Origin: a virus
Lineage: Duplodnaviria; Heunggongvirae; Uroviricota; Caudoviricetes
DNA: 22,203 bases
IMG/VR virus record: IMGVR_UViG_3300029922_000040
Direction: 5' to 3' (one strand)
In this document: positions 1-8,177 of the stretch, in pieces
Layout of the letters: every line of letters starts with the position of its first letter
Numbering within the stretch: position 1 is the stretch's first letter
Made by a program: the position numbers and the translations under genes
Notes under the pieces: generated by a model
What the model was told of the DNA's origin: nothing
Seen by the model: the letters and a program-made list of their open reading frames with translations, nothing else
The model's database searches: none

Positions 1-2
1 CT

Positions 3-1538
3 CAGGATGACTCAGGTGCCAGCCGTCTTTATGAGAAGCTCCGCGAAGACATTAACCGGGCTCCGTTCTTCAACCCCTATCTGAAGACATCCTCCAGTGC
101 ATCACTAGGCTTCGTCTCAGATCAAGACCGCATGAAGCGTGACACGACTCCGACCATCAATGTTAGATCGTTCCCCTGTACCACCAACGCTTCCCGTGGT
201 CCGTCCAACATCTTTCTTGCACTGGATGAGTTTGCCCACTTCCGGTCGGCCAAGGGCTCAGCATCAGATGAGGTCTACGCGGCTGCTAAGCCTTCCACAA
301 TCAACTTCAAGCACGCCGAGCTAATCAATGGTGGGGGATGGGTAAGTGAAAAGGCCGCAAAGGAAATCCCGTATGACCAATACCGGATGTTCCAAGACTC
401 CCTCGTGCTTTCCATCTCCAGCCCGTGGACAAAGGTCGGTAAGATGTACGACCTTCACAAGCAAGCTTTAGAGAGAGGTCCAAAGTCTGGCATCTTTACC
501 CTTCGCGCATCCACCGCCGAGATGAATCCCACTATTCTCCCCATTACACTTCGTCAAGAATATGAGACAAACGCACTCACGTTCAAGGCTGAGTATGGTG
601 GTCAGTTCCTAGAGTCATCTGAATCGTACGTTACCGAGGCTCAGATTCGTGCTTGCACAGACGTGAGATATGAAAAAACGATCAGTGGTCTGGAAGAACC
701 AGACCTAAGCACGGCTCGTTTCAACATCATCAAGTTCCACCCGAATGCAATCGGTCGCCAATTCTTTTGGGCAATCGACTTGGGTATGATGAACGACGCT
801 ACGGCAGTCGCTATCGGCCACTTGGAATACAAGGGTGGAGCCCAGCCCATCCATCTCGTCTATGACTACATCGACCGCATGATGGTAGGAGAGAAGTTTG
901 ACAGTATTGGAGTGCAGTCCATCCCCGGTATCGACAAGTATGTTGGATTCAAAACTCTGCCTCTCGAAGACATCTTGTCATGGCTCAAGGCGTTAAACTC
1001 TTTGATGCCTTGCTATCGCGGAGCGACCGACCAACATGGCGGTCAACAACTTGTACAGCTACTTGACCTGAACAAGATTCACAATATAGAACTTGTGAAC
1101 CTCACTACAACCATCAACTCACAGATGGCGTATGTGCTTCAGGGTTACATCCGCGACTCACGTTGCAGATTCCCCTACGTTCCGAAGTTCCTCCAAGAGT
1201 TACGTCTTGTAGAAGCTGAATACATCAACAAGTATCAGATACGTGTGCAAGCACCAATGGAAAAAGGATCACACGACGATATGGTAGACGCTGCTCAACT
1301 TTGTGCTTATGTGGCACAGAAGTGGCTCGTGGAAGAAGGTGGGTTGAAGATAGACCCAACTGGACAGAGCATCCTCATGTCAGAGCAGTTAAACCAACCA
1401 GCGGGAATTATCGCAAGTTTAGATGGGATTATGATGCGTGACTTACAAGTGTTCGAACGCATCAAGAAAATCCAATCAAACATGGCAAGTTTTGGCACTG
1501 AGATAGTACGTAATCCATTTCATCGCAGAGGCCGTTGA
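3..1538 (+). CDS. terL: Terminase large subunit, 5'-truncated by the window (about 511 aa visible)
   Basis: The frame is open from position 3 (QDDSGASRLYEKLRED...), so the track's ATG at 132 is internal. Motifs: Walker B FLALDEFAHF, motif III LSISSP, FKAEYGGQF linker, RNase H-like nuclease WAIDLGMMNDATAVAIG and terminal KGSHDDMVDA. Confidence 0.9.
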   Translation, partial: QDDSGASRLYEKLREDINRAPFFNPYLKTSSSASLGFVSDQDRMKRDTTPTINVRSFPCTTNASRGPSNIFLALDEFAHFRSAKGSASDEVYAAAKPSTINFKHAELINGGGWVSEKAAKEIPYDQYRMFQDSLVLSISSPWTKVGKMYDLHKQALERGPKSGIFTLRASTAEMNPTILPITLRQEYETNALTFKAEYGGQFLESSESYVTEAQIRACTDVRYEKTISGLEEPDLSTARFNIIKFHPNAIGRQFFWAIDLGMMNDATAVAIGHLEYKGGAQPIHLVYDYIDRMMVGEKFDSIGVQSIPGIDKYVGFKTLPLEDILSWLKALNSLMPCYRGATDQHGGQQLVQLLDLNKIHNIELVNLTTTINSQMAYVLQGYIRDSRCRFPYVPKFLQELRLVEAEYINKYQIRVQAPMEKGSHDDMVDAAQLCAYVAQKWLVEEGGLKIDPTGQSILMSEQLNQPAGIIASLDGIMMRDLQVFERIKKIQSNMASFGTEIVRNPFHRRGR

Positions 1539-1548
1539 GAGAATTACC

Positions 1549-1569
1549 ACTACGGGTTCTTTTTAGTAG
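1549..1569 (+). promoter_or_regulatory. Candidate phage-specific promoter motif ACTAC-N11-AGTAG
   Basis: ACTAC gggttcttttt AGTAG lies just after the terL stop and 31 nt before ATG 1601. The same bipartite pattern recurs in other intergenic gaps. Confidence 0.5.
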
Positions 1570-1600
1570 GGAAGTAACTCACCGAAAGGACTCAACGCAC

Positions 1601-1993
1601 ATGTTTATCCTCCAAGCTAATCCTTTGCTCCCCATCTGGCAATACGGGGCCGCTACAGGTTCAGCCTTCATTTGTGTGGGGTTGTTCATTTGGTCGCAGG
1701 TACAACTTGCAACTTTCAAATCGACGGTCGAAGCTAACACCAAAGCTATCACCGAGAGTAATGACGAGCTTAAGAAGCTTATTGAAGCACAGTCTAAAGC
1801 TCAAGACAAACTCGCGGAATCCGTTCATCAGTTGGCAGAAGGAGTTAAGGTTCAAGCCGGGGTTCAGCATGAGCAGTTCCAGTTACTACGGGACATGGCA
1901 ACTGAACAACGAGTCCTATCGGCCAATCAACTGACCATCATGAACGGGTTTCAACGGGTAGTGGAGCAGCTTATCGACGCAGTACGAGAATAA
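1601..1993 (+). CDS. Membrane-anchored coiled-coil protein (130 aa); holin-like architecture, function unproven
   Basis: AAAGGA ribosome-binding site (RBS) before ATG 1601, preferred over the track's TTG 1535. One hydrophobic helix (YGAATGSAFICVGLFIWSQV) is followed by a heptad-rich polar helix. Confidence 0.65.
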   Translation: MFILQANPLLPIWQYGAATGSAFICVGLFIWSQVQLATFKSTVEANTKAITESNDELKKLIEAQSKAQDKLAESVHQLAEGVKVQAGVQHEQFQLLRDMATEQRVLSANQLTIMNGFQRVVEQLIDAVRE

Positions 1994-2006
1994 GGACGAC
2001 GTTTTT

Positions 2007-2204
2007 ATGGCAGTAGACAAGTTCTCTGGAACCGCAGCGTTTCCCAACTTCTTGGCGATTCTCAGCAGTAGAAAATCGCTTGAAAACACGCTTGCTCAAT
2101 TTGAAGAGCAGGTAGCTATTCACCCACCAGATGTCATCCGCAAGCGGCTCAGGAAGCGGCTGTCCGACATACGAATAAACATCAACGGTGATGATGAAGT
2201 GTAG
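2007..2204 (+). CDS. Hypothetical protein (65 aa)
   Basis: AAGGA RBS just after the previous stop; operon-like spacing. Confidence 0.55.
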   Translation: MAVDKFSGTAAFPNFLAILSSRKSLENTLAQFEEQVAIHPPDVIRKRLRKRLSDIRININGDDEV

Positions 2205-2251
2205 TTGAAACGACGGCAAATCCTACCAAATTTTTTCACTTCTACCTCTGT

Positions 2252-2280
2252 TTGACTTCCTCCTCGTCATAGCTTAACGT
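2252..2280 (+). promoter_or_regulatory. Sigma70-like promoter TTGACT-N17-TAACGT
   Basis: -35 TTGACT at 2252-2257 and -10 TAACGT at 2275-2280 with a 17-nt spacer, in the largest intergenic gap, upstream of the sigma-like gene. Confidence 0.5.
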
Positions 2281-2291
2281 TTGAATACCAA

Positions 2292-2417
2292 GTAAACCCT
2301 ACCCCAGTAACCTCCTTTGGCTACTGAGGTTTACACACTTTAGCGGAGAAATTATTTAGTGCTCCGCATCGGGTGGAATCCGAGTATTAACATCTTATCC
2401 CCACTACTATAGGTGGG
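2292..2417 (+). ncRNA. Candidate structured 5' leader with four tandem hairpins
   Basis: Pairings: GTAAACC 2292-98 with GGTTTAC 2328-34, enclosing CAGTA 2305-09 with TACTG 2322-26; GCGGAG 2343-48 with CTCCGC 2362-67; TCGG 2369-72 with CCGA 2380-83; CCCAC 2400-04 with GTGGG 2413-17. Confidence 0.35.
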
Positions 2418-2439
2418 ACTTGTTTGCCGTGGAGGCGTA

Positions 2440-3861
2440 ATGCTTCAGACTACACCATTTGTAGGTGCCCCCGAAACCGTGGTTAAACCCCCCTCTATCA
2501 GTCATGATGAAATCCTTCAATTCATTAAAAATGAAGGTATTGGGGTGGTCATTCAGACCATGGTTACTCACTTTACCAACACGATCAAAGACACAGTTGC
2601 AGTCGCTGTTAACGAGCACCTTGCTCGTCTCGGTACTACAGTTGTGACTATGGTTGAACCTGCCGTCGCCGAACCAGTCGCTGTAACCTCCAGCCCGATC
2701 TTCGTTGCAGTCGAACTCGCTGTAACCAAAAGCGAAATTGAAACTGAAGCACCAGTATCGCCCTCACTATCTCCTCGGAAGAGACAACTTAGCGATGAAG
2801 CACGCAAGCGTATCTCCGAGTCACAAAAAGCAAAATGGGCAACAAGAGACCGCAAGCTAACTCCTGAAGCTAGGGCCAAAATCTCCGAGTCACAACGCAA
2901 GCGTTGGGCTGTCAAGAATGGCACAACCTATGTTCCGGCTACGCCACGTGAGGCCGAAGATGCACCTACGGAGGCAGACAGGCAAACGCAACCTTGTGAC
3001 CCAGTAACAGTAACTGCTGCGATTACACCCACCTTAACAATTCCGGTTGGTGCAGTTCTTGCAGTTAAAGAGGGCTACAAAGGTGATCCTTTCTACATTA
3101 GTGAGGATGGGCACTTCATCGGTCACGACGGGTTTGTTGTACCCAAGGATTTTGAGGAGTTCATCGAACGTCAGCCTAAGTACATCGAAACTTGGGTTCG
3201 CCGTCGCTTGAATGGGTATGGCATCGAGGAGGACATTGAAGACTGGTGTCAGGATTTGATGATCCACATGAAGTACCTGCCACCCACATCCAAGCACCGT
3301 AAGAACGGCAAAACAGATGTGTTCCAAACCTTTGATCCTTTCTCCCAGTATGGGGCGTCAGAGCGTCGGTGGCGTTACTACATCAACTACTGCCTCACCA
3401 ACAAGTACAACACCATTCACGGCAAACGGACAAAGAACCCAGTCTGTCGTGCTGGTAACTTGTCCTTAGCCTCAGAGACAAATCCCGAAGTTCACGGGGA
3501 AGTTACGGATGAGTATGTGTACTCTAAGTCGGAGTACCTCATGGCTGCGACGAACCGCGAGGAGAAAAAACTGGAAGATCAATTCTTTGCCCATGCCTTT
3601 ATCAAGTACGTTGAGGAACACGACCCTGATGTATTCCCCGTCCTTGTAGCTGTGTACGAGGCTGGCACCAGCGCCGAGACCATCAAAGAGTTTTGTCGGA
3701 CGTGCCAACGGCTGGCAACTACGGTGGAGATGGAGCACGAGGAGCATAAGGGGCATGAAATCGGGCTGACTCCACAGGAATACAACCGTGCCCGGATTCG
3801 TCTCAAGCAGTTGGCCGGTGCCTTCACGAAGCAGCGTGGTCGTAAATCTGTGAAAGGCTGA
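2440..3861 (+). CDS. Sigma-factor-like transcription protein (ECF-like sigma2/sigma4) with N-terminal NUMOD3-like repeats (473 aa)
   Basis: GGAGG RBS before ATG 2440. Region 2-like segments YIETWVRRRL..EDIEDWCQDLMIHM and RWRYYINYCLTNKYNTIHGKR. Region 4-like VLVAVYEAGTSAETIKEF...IGLTPQEYNRARIRLKQL. Two LS/TxEARxxISESQxxxWA repeats. Confidence 0.55.
   Translation: MLQTTPFVGAPETVVKPPSISHDEILQFIKNEGIGVVIQTMVTHFTNTIKDTVAVAVNEHLARLGTTVVTMVEPAVAEPVAVTSSPIFVAVELAVTKSEIETEAPVSPSLSPRKRQLSDEARKRISESQKAKWATRDRKLTPEARAKISESQRKRWAVKNGTTYVPATPREAEDAPTEADRQTQPCDPVTVTAAITPTLTIPVGAVLAVKEGYKGDPFYISEDGHFIGHDGFVVPKDFEEFIERQPKYIETWVRRRLNGYGIEEDIEDWCQDLMIHMKYLPPTSKHRKNGKTDVFQTFDPFSQYGASERRWRYYINYCLTNKYNTIHGKRTKNPVCRAGNLSLASETNPEVHGEVTDEYVYSKSEYLMAATNREEKKLEDQFFAHAFIKYVEEHDPDVFPVLVAVYEAGTSAETIKEFCRTCQRLATTVEMEHEEHKGHEIGLTPQEYNRARIRLKQLAGAFTKQRGRKSVKG
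2782..2910 (+). repeat. Tandem 23-aa (69-nt) basic repeat, NUMOD3-like
   Basis: RQLSDEARKRISESQKAKWA and RKLTPEARAKISESQRKRWA. An identical 15-nt core ATCTCCGAGTCACAA occurs at 2812 and 2881. Confidence 0.85.
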
Positions 3862-3888
3862 TATGGAACGCATTAGTGAGGCTTGCTA

Positions 3889-6195
3889 ATGCGTTTCTTA
3901 TCCCATTTCCTATTGGTCGCTCGACCGACACAGCAGAAAATTGATTTTCTGTGCAGTCAGATGAAGCTCACTCCAGAGCAAGTGGAGATGTGTATTCAGG
4001 TTGACCCTTCTCCCAACCAGACAGATTTTATCACTTGGATAGCACGTATGCTTGCCAAGGGACACATCCGTCTCCCTGAAGATGGGGAGCGGATTAAGGA
4101 ACAACTTATTACTTTCAACCGGCTTAAGAAAGCCCCCGGCTTCACTGGGAACAAAGACATTAACTCATACACACCGGGCACCCTGTTCACTGTCATCGAA
4201 GATAACCAAGGCAACTTCTCCAAAAAAGAACAGAACCGGGAAAAGATTCGTGAAGGTGCCAGCGTCATCATCCGGGATGGGGACATCCTCGTCTACAAAG
4301 TGACGAAGGCTCCGGCTCTAGCTGAGCTATCGGCTGGTACCAACTGGTGTACCGCTCATGAAAACATGGGCAATACGTATCTCAGTTCAGGGCCAACCTA
4401 CGTTATCTTCGATGAAGGTTCTGCCTACGCTCAGTTCCACCCTGCTACCAATCAACTGAAAGACCGTACCGACACTGAAATTCCAGACGGCATTGTTTCC
4501 ACAAGCGGTAATTATCGTAAGACAAAGAAGACTGTCGCCCGGTTTATATCTGACCCTATCTGCCTGAAAGTAATCAGCCAGCTTGCCAAGATGGGTGAGC
4601 CGGGGGTGTATAAGTACCTCACTGGGGCAAATGATCCTAAGGAAAAAGTTGAAAAGGCTTTCGCTAAGCATGGCGATGAAGTTGACAACCAGTTACGTAA
4701 GGCCGTCTATGATAACCAACCTTTGCCTCAGGCCGAGCTTGATGAAATGTTCAGGAAGAGTTACTATGGATACAATACATCTGAGCCCCCTTCTGCCAAA
4801 GTGTACTTCCGTTATTGCATGAAGTTCATGCCCGGAAAATCAAATGAACGGTTGGAAAAGCTTCTTCTCGAAGGACGACCTTCTCTCGACCTGTTGTCCT
4901 ATTGTCGCAAATTTCTCAAAGGAGAACGTTGGCCGGACGCTGAGAAGAAGATTCTGACGTATGCAACAACCTCGACCAACTCTATGTACCTCTGTCTTGA
5001 ATATGCCCGAGGCATCATCAAGGGACGTTGGCCTGAGTTTGAAAAGAAGCTGGGCAAAGCCAAGCTTAACCCCATCCCTGCTAAAGCCATCAAACTATAT
5101 GCGGAAACCATCTTGAATCAGAGGTGGGCTGACCTCCCCGGTGCTCAGCTTACATTCAGTGGCATGGATAAGATGGAGTACCGAATGACACTAGGTGATC
5201 CTGAGCAAGCTATCGAGTATGCTGATAAATTCATCAAGGGTCGCTGGAAACCCCTTGAAGTAGTATTGCGCCAGATTGGAGATACGACTCATCTGTTGAA
5301 TTACTCTCGCAAATTCCTTGGTGGAAGTCGCGATTTGGAGATGGAACCTGACACATTAAGGAATGCCAAACCGGAGCAGTTGTATGACTATGCACGCAGT
5401 GTCATCAAGGGACGTGACCCGGAGATTGAGGAACGTCTTTTACAGACCACCGATGTCATGCCAGCTATTAACTATGCTTCCCATATCATGAAGGCACGTT
5501 GGCCTGAATTGGAACAGAAGCTGTTGAAGTTCGCTGAGGATTACGATTTCAGTGAAAGCTACTCAAGTGGTAGTAGTAGTGGTTTTGTACCTCAAAGTAA
5601 AAAGGATTATTGGAATAATGCCCGTAAACTCCCTGAAACAATAAGGGACTACGTTACGAGTGTGGTCCGTGGCCGTTGGCCTGAATTTGAAAAGCTACTC
5701 CTTGATAGGTACTCCAAGCATCCAGACGAGTGGACAAAAAACCAACAATGGGTTGACGGTTATATATCTCTCCTTAGCGAAATAACTGAGGACGGGGAAG
5801 AAGTGACCGATGAAGATACAGGAGATAAATACCACAAACAAGTTCGCATAGCTACACCGCCAACATGGCCGGAAGGTGAAAAACGGTTGGCTACTCGTGA
5901 TCCCAACTATGAGGCTATCATCGTTAAAGAGATACAAGAAGCTATGGCGAGTGATGAAGCTGTCGATCCCCGCTCTTCCAACGTGGAGTATAACCTATAT
6001 CACGCAGTTGAGATTTTATATCAATATCTCAAGGCGTTGAAGTATTTTAATACTGAATGGCCTGAGGGGGTTAAGTTCCTTAATGAGGTAGAGGACATGC
6101 GAACCAAGCGAGAAGGGTTCTGGAACACATTCAACAAATTCCACTTGTCGTCTCTTTTGAGAAGAAAGAGTTATGCGCTTAGAGACTGTCTATGA
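3889..6195 (+). CDS. Large phage protein (768 aa): N-terminal WCT-motif (PcfJ-like) domain plus helical Y...KGRWPExE repeats
   Basis: GAGG RBS before ATG 3889. LSAGTNWCTAH...GPTYVIF...AQFH segment, followed by about 9 degenerate repeats. Confidence 0.75.
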   Translation: MRFLSHFLLVARPTQQKIDFLCSQMKLTPEQVEMCIQVDPSPNQTDFITWIARMLAKGHIRLPEDGERIKEQLITFNRLKKAPGFTGNKDINSYTPGTLFTVIEDNQGNFSKKEQNREKIREGASVIIRDGDILVYKVTKAPALAELSAGTNWCTAHENMGNTYLSSGPTYVIFDEGSAYAQFHPATNQLKDRTDTEIPDGIVSTSGNYRKTKKTVARFISDPICLKVISQLAKMGEPGVYKYLTGANDPKEKVEKAFAKHGDEVDNQLRKAVYDNQPLPQAELDEMFRKSYYGYNTSEPPSAKVYFRYCMKFMPGKSNERLEKLLLEGRPSLDLLSYCRKFLKGERWPDAEKKILTYATTSTNSMYLCLEYARGIIKGRWPEFEKKLGKAKLNPIPAKAIKLYAETILNQRWADLPGAQLTFSGMDKMEYRMTLGDPEQAIEYADKFIKGRWKPLEVVLRQIGDTTHLLNYSRKFLGGSRDLEMEPDTLRNAKPEQLYDYARSVIKGRDPEIEERLLQTTDVMPAINYASHIMKARWPELEQKLLKFAEDYDFSESYSSGSSSGFVPQSKKDYWNNARKLPETIRDYVTSVVRGRWPEFEKLLLDRYSKHPDEWTKNQQWVDGYISLLSEITEDGEEVTDEDTGDKYHKQVRIATPPTWPEGEKRLATRDPNYEAIIVKEIQEAMASDEAVDPRSSNVEYNLYHAVEILYQYLKALKYFNTEWPEGVKFLNEVEDMRTKREGFWNTFNKFHLSSLLRRKSYALRDCL
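4813..5703 (+). repeat. Degenerate protein repeat array (about 9 units, consensus Y[AC]xx[IF][IL]KGRWPExExxL[L])
   Basis: Units include YCRKFLKGERWPDAEKKIL, YARGIIKGRWPEFEKKL, YADKFIKGRWKPLEVVL, YARSVIKGRDPEIEERLL, YASHIMKARWPELEQKLL and YVTSVVRGRWPEFEKLLL. Confidence 0.85.
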
Positions 6196-6898
6196 CACTC
6201 TTGTAATCTCCGATGTCCATCTCGGTTCACCTCTAGCTATGGCTAGGGAACTCACAAACCTGCTCAATCAGATTTACCTTGGTGTAATAAAAGTCAAGCG
6301 TATCATTCTCCTCGGAGACATTTTCTCCGACCTAAACTTCAGTCGCCTGACCAGTGAACACTGGCAAGTCATCTCTCTTATTCGAGAACTGTCCAACCCT
6401 AAGCGAGAGATTGAAGTCGTGTGGGTAGAAGGCAACCACGATGCCGGGGTAACTGAAGTCATGGAGCACCTCCTTGGTGTCCCTGTATATCAACAATACA
6501 CGTGGGGCTGGAACGGCAATACGTGTGTCGCCATGCATGGTCATCAGTTCGACGCCTTATTCGCTAATGGCAATCCTTGGTTCAACGACTTTGTAACGGG
6601 GCTGCATATCTGGCTTCAGAAAAGAAACCTCCTGAAACGCTGGCTACCAACAATTCTGGATAAACTTCACACAAAATATCAACGACTGACTTTCAAAGTC
6701 GCGGATGGAGCTATTAGTGTCGCCAAGGGACTCAAAGCTGACTATGTGTTTTGCGGCCATACTCACAGCCCCTACCACGAGTATCGTGACGGTGTGGAGT
6801 ATTGGAACGCTGGGTGCTGGGTTGGCGATGTCGCATCTTATCTAATTCTTGATGAAAATGTAAAACTGGTCAACATCGTCAGAGCCACAGAAACTTAG
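6173..6898 (+). CDS. Calcineurin-like metallophosphoesterase, LpxH/YbbF-like (241 aa)
   Basis: All five motifs are present: VISDVHLG, LLGDIFSD, EGNHD, MHGHQFD, FCGHTH, plus NAGCW. Overlaps the previous stop by 23 nt. Confidence 0.85.
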   Translation: MRLETVYDTLVISDVHLGSPLAMARELTNLLNQIYLGVIKVKRIILLGDIFSDLNFSRLTSEHWQVISLIRELSNPKREIEVVWVEGNHDAGVTEVMEHLLGVPVYQQYTWGWNGNTCVAMHGHQFDALFANGNPWFNDFVTGLHIWLQKRNLLKRWLPTILDKLHTKYQRLTFKVADGAISVAKGLKADYVFCGHTHSPYHEYRDGVEYWNAGCWVGDVASYLILDENVKLVNIVRATET

Positions 6899-6931
6899 AT
6901 ACCCATCCCTTGTTAGGGGGTATTTATAGGT

Positions 6932-7363
6932 ATGGAGCCTCAAGAGGAACCGTTCGCCGAATACATACGAAAAATCTCCCGGCTATACGAAGACTTCTCA
7001 CTTGATCTGATAAGCCGAGAAGAGGCTATGGCTCGTCTCAGTGTTCTGAAAACTGAGCACAAACAGCTAGTCGAATCGGGCATGTTCCCCCTCAACAAGC
7101 GATTTGAAATCCCTACGGAAAGAGGAGACGATATGATACGTAAGTTCAGCCGAACCCGCCGAGTACGAGATGTTAGGACTCAAACACATCCTCTTAACTT
7201 CAAATGCAATTGTCGTAGGTGTGTAGGTTTGTATACCATTACAATGCAAGATAGAGACTTACTTAAAGAGATGGGCATTGTATGGCGTTCAAAGACCGAA
7301 CAAGACAAAGAGTCGGAAGACTCACTATTGTTAATGGACGGCCAAACAGAGGAAGAAAAGTAG
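6932..7363 (+). CDS. Hypothetical protein (143 aa) with an HPxxxxCxCxxC cluster
   Basis: AGGT RBS. The 3' end overlaps an endonuclease remnant in another frame. Confidence 0.55.
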   Translation: MEPQEEPFAEYIRKISRLYEDFSLDLISREEAMARLSVLKTEHKQLVESGMFPLNKRFEIPTERGDDMIRKFSRTRRVRDVRTQTHPLNFKCNCRRCVGLYTITMQDRDLLKEMGIVWRSKTEQDKESEDSLLLMDGQTEEEK

Positions 7364-7482
7364 TTTGGAAATGCCTTTGTGACTGTGGAAAACGTTACAG
7401 TCCTTGCAGATGGGCTGGGGCGGGGTCGGAAGGTAGTGGCACTGGCGGATCGAATAGTGGTACTATAGAAGTATTCTTTTAG
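7282..7482 (+). pseudogene. N-terminal remnant of an HNH/AP2-type phage homing endonuclease
   Basis: DRTRQRVGRLTIV...GRKVVWKCLCDCGK matches the DLTGQRFGRLTV...WxCxCDCG module. Removing one A from the run at 7389-7392 gives CDCGNVTVLADGL, which stops at 7468. No catalytic domain follows. Confidence 0.6.
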
Positions 7483-7487
7483 GAGGC

Positions 7488-7581
7488 ATGATGGCGTACG
7501 TTCATTGTCATAGCTGCCCGTGGTCTTGCGGATGAAGCATGGGAACAGATTCAGATAGCGCGGAAGAACAATGATATATAA
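7488..7581 (+). pseudogene. Truncated or frameshifted small Cys/His protein stub (MMAYVHCHSCPWSCG*)
   Basis: Perfect AGGAGG RBS, but a stop after 15 codons at 7535. A +1 shift at 7530 continues DEAWEQIQIARKNNDI* and ends overlapping the next start. Confidence 0.35.
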
Positions 7582-7789
7582 GGTATGTCCTGTCTGTGAC
7601 TATGACCGCCTGAAACTTGATCCTGCTGAAGGGTTGCATGAAATCTGCCCTCAGTGTGGGATTCAGTTCGGCTACAATGATGTAGGGCCGGAACCCGCCG
7701 TTGTATACCATGCTCAATTGCGGGAGCGTTGGATTGCTGCCGGTCGCCCGTGGCGTAGCACTGTAGTGAGCCCTGATGACCGCTGCTGA
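7571..7789 (+). CDS. Small zinc-ribbon protein (CPVC...CPQC; CPCC-like, 72 aa)
   Basis: CPVCDY...EICPQCGIQFGYND...LRERWIAAGRPW pattern. Confidence 0.7.
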   Translation: MIYKVCPVCDYDRLKLDPAEGLHEICPQCGIQFGYNDVGPEPAVVYHAQLRERWIAAGRPWRSTVVSPDDRC

Positions 7790-8150
7790 CATCTGCACCA
7801 CCCTTTACAATACCAAGTATTGCTACCATAGTGAGAAGGAACTGCAACACGGCGTTGGTCAGGTGCTGACCGACCTGAACCTTACCTTCAAGCCAGAGTA
7901 TTCTCTCGCCCCCCGCGACCGAATAGACTTCCTGATTACAGACCTTGGAATTGGCATCGAGTGCAAGTCGGATGACTCTGGGGGCGGCACCAGCCTCGCC
8001 TCCGTCACTCGCCAGCTAATGAGGTATGCCCAACACACAGAAGTTGTAGAGCTAATTCTCCTCACTACCATGAGCAAACACAAGAACTTACCAGACAGTT
8101 TGAACGGTAAGCCCCTTTACATCGTGCATCTTCTCCTCAGTTTCTTATAA
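7776..8150 (+). CDS. PD-(D/E)XK restriction-endonuclease-fold nuclease (124 aa)
   Basis: SEKELQ helix, PEY, RIDFLI (catalytic D), GIECK (ExK) and RQLMRYA (QxxxY helix). Confidence 0.75.
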   Translation: MTAADICTTLYNTKYCYHSEKELQHGVGQVLTDLNLTFKPEYSLAPRDRIDFLITDLGIGIECKSDDSGGGTSLASVTRQLMRYAQHTEVVELILLTTMSKHKNLPDSLNGKPLYIVHLLLSFL

Positions 8151-8177
8151 TATGGGATACGTTAGTACGGAGTGTGT

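Noticed and set aside
2343-2390. tRNA-like element (GGGTGGAATCCGA resembles a T-arm)
   Set aside because: The loop is GTGGAAT rather than TTCRAAT, the preceding stem has a 13-nt loop, and no acceptor stem or D-arm can be built.
6173-6898. Assigning the symbol lpxH (and rimI for 18058-18516)
   Set aside because: There is family resemblance only. GNHD replaces the LpxH GNRD, and there is no evidence for the specific substrates.
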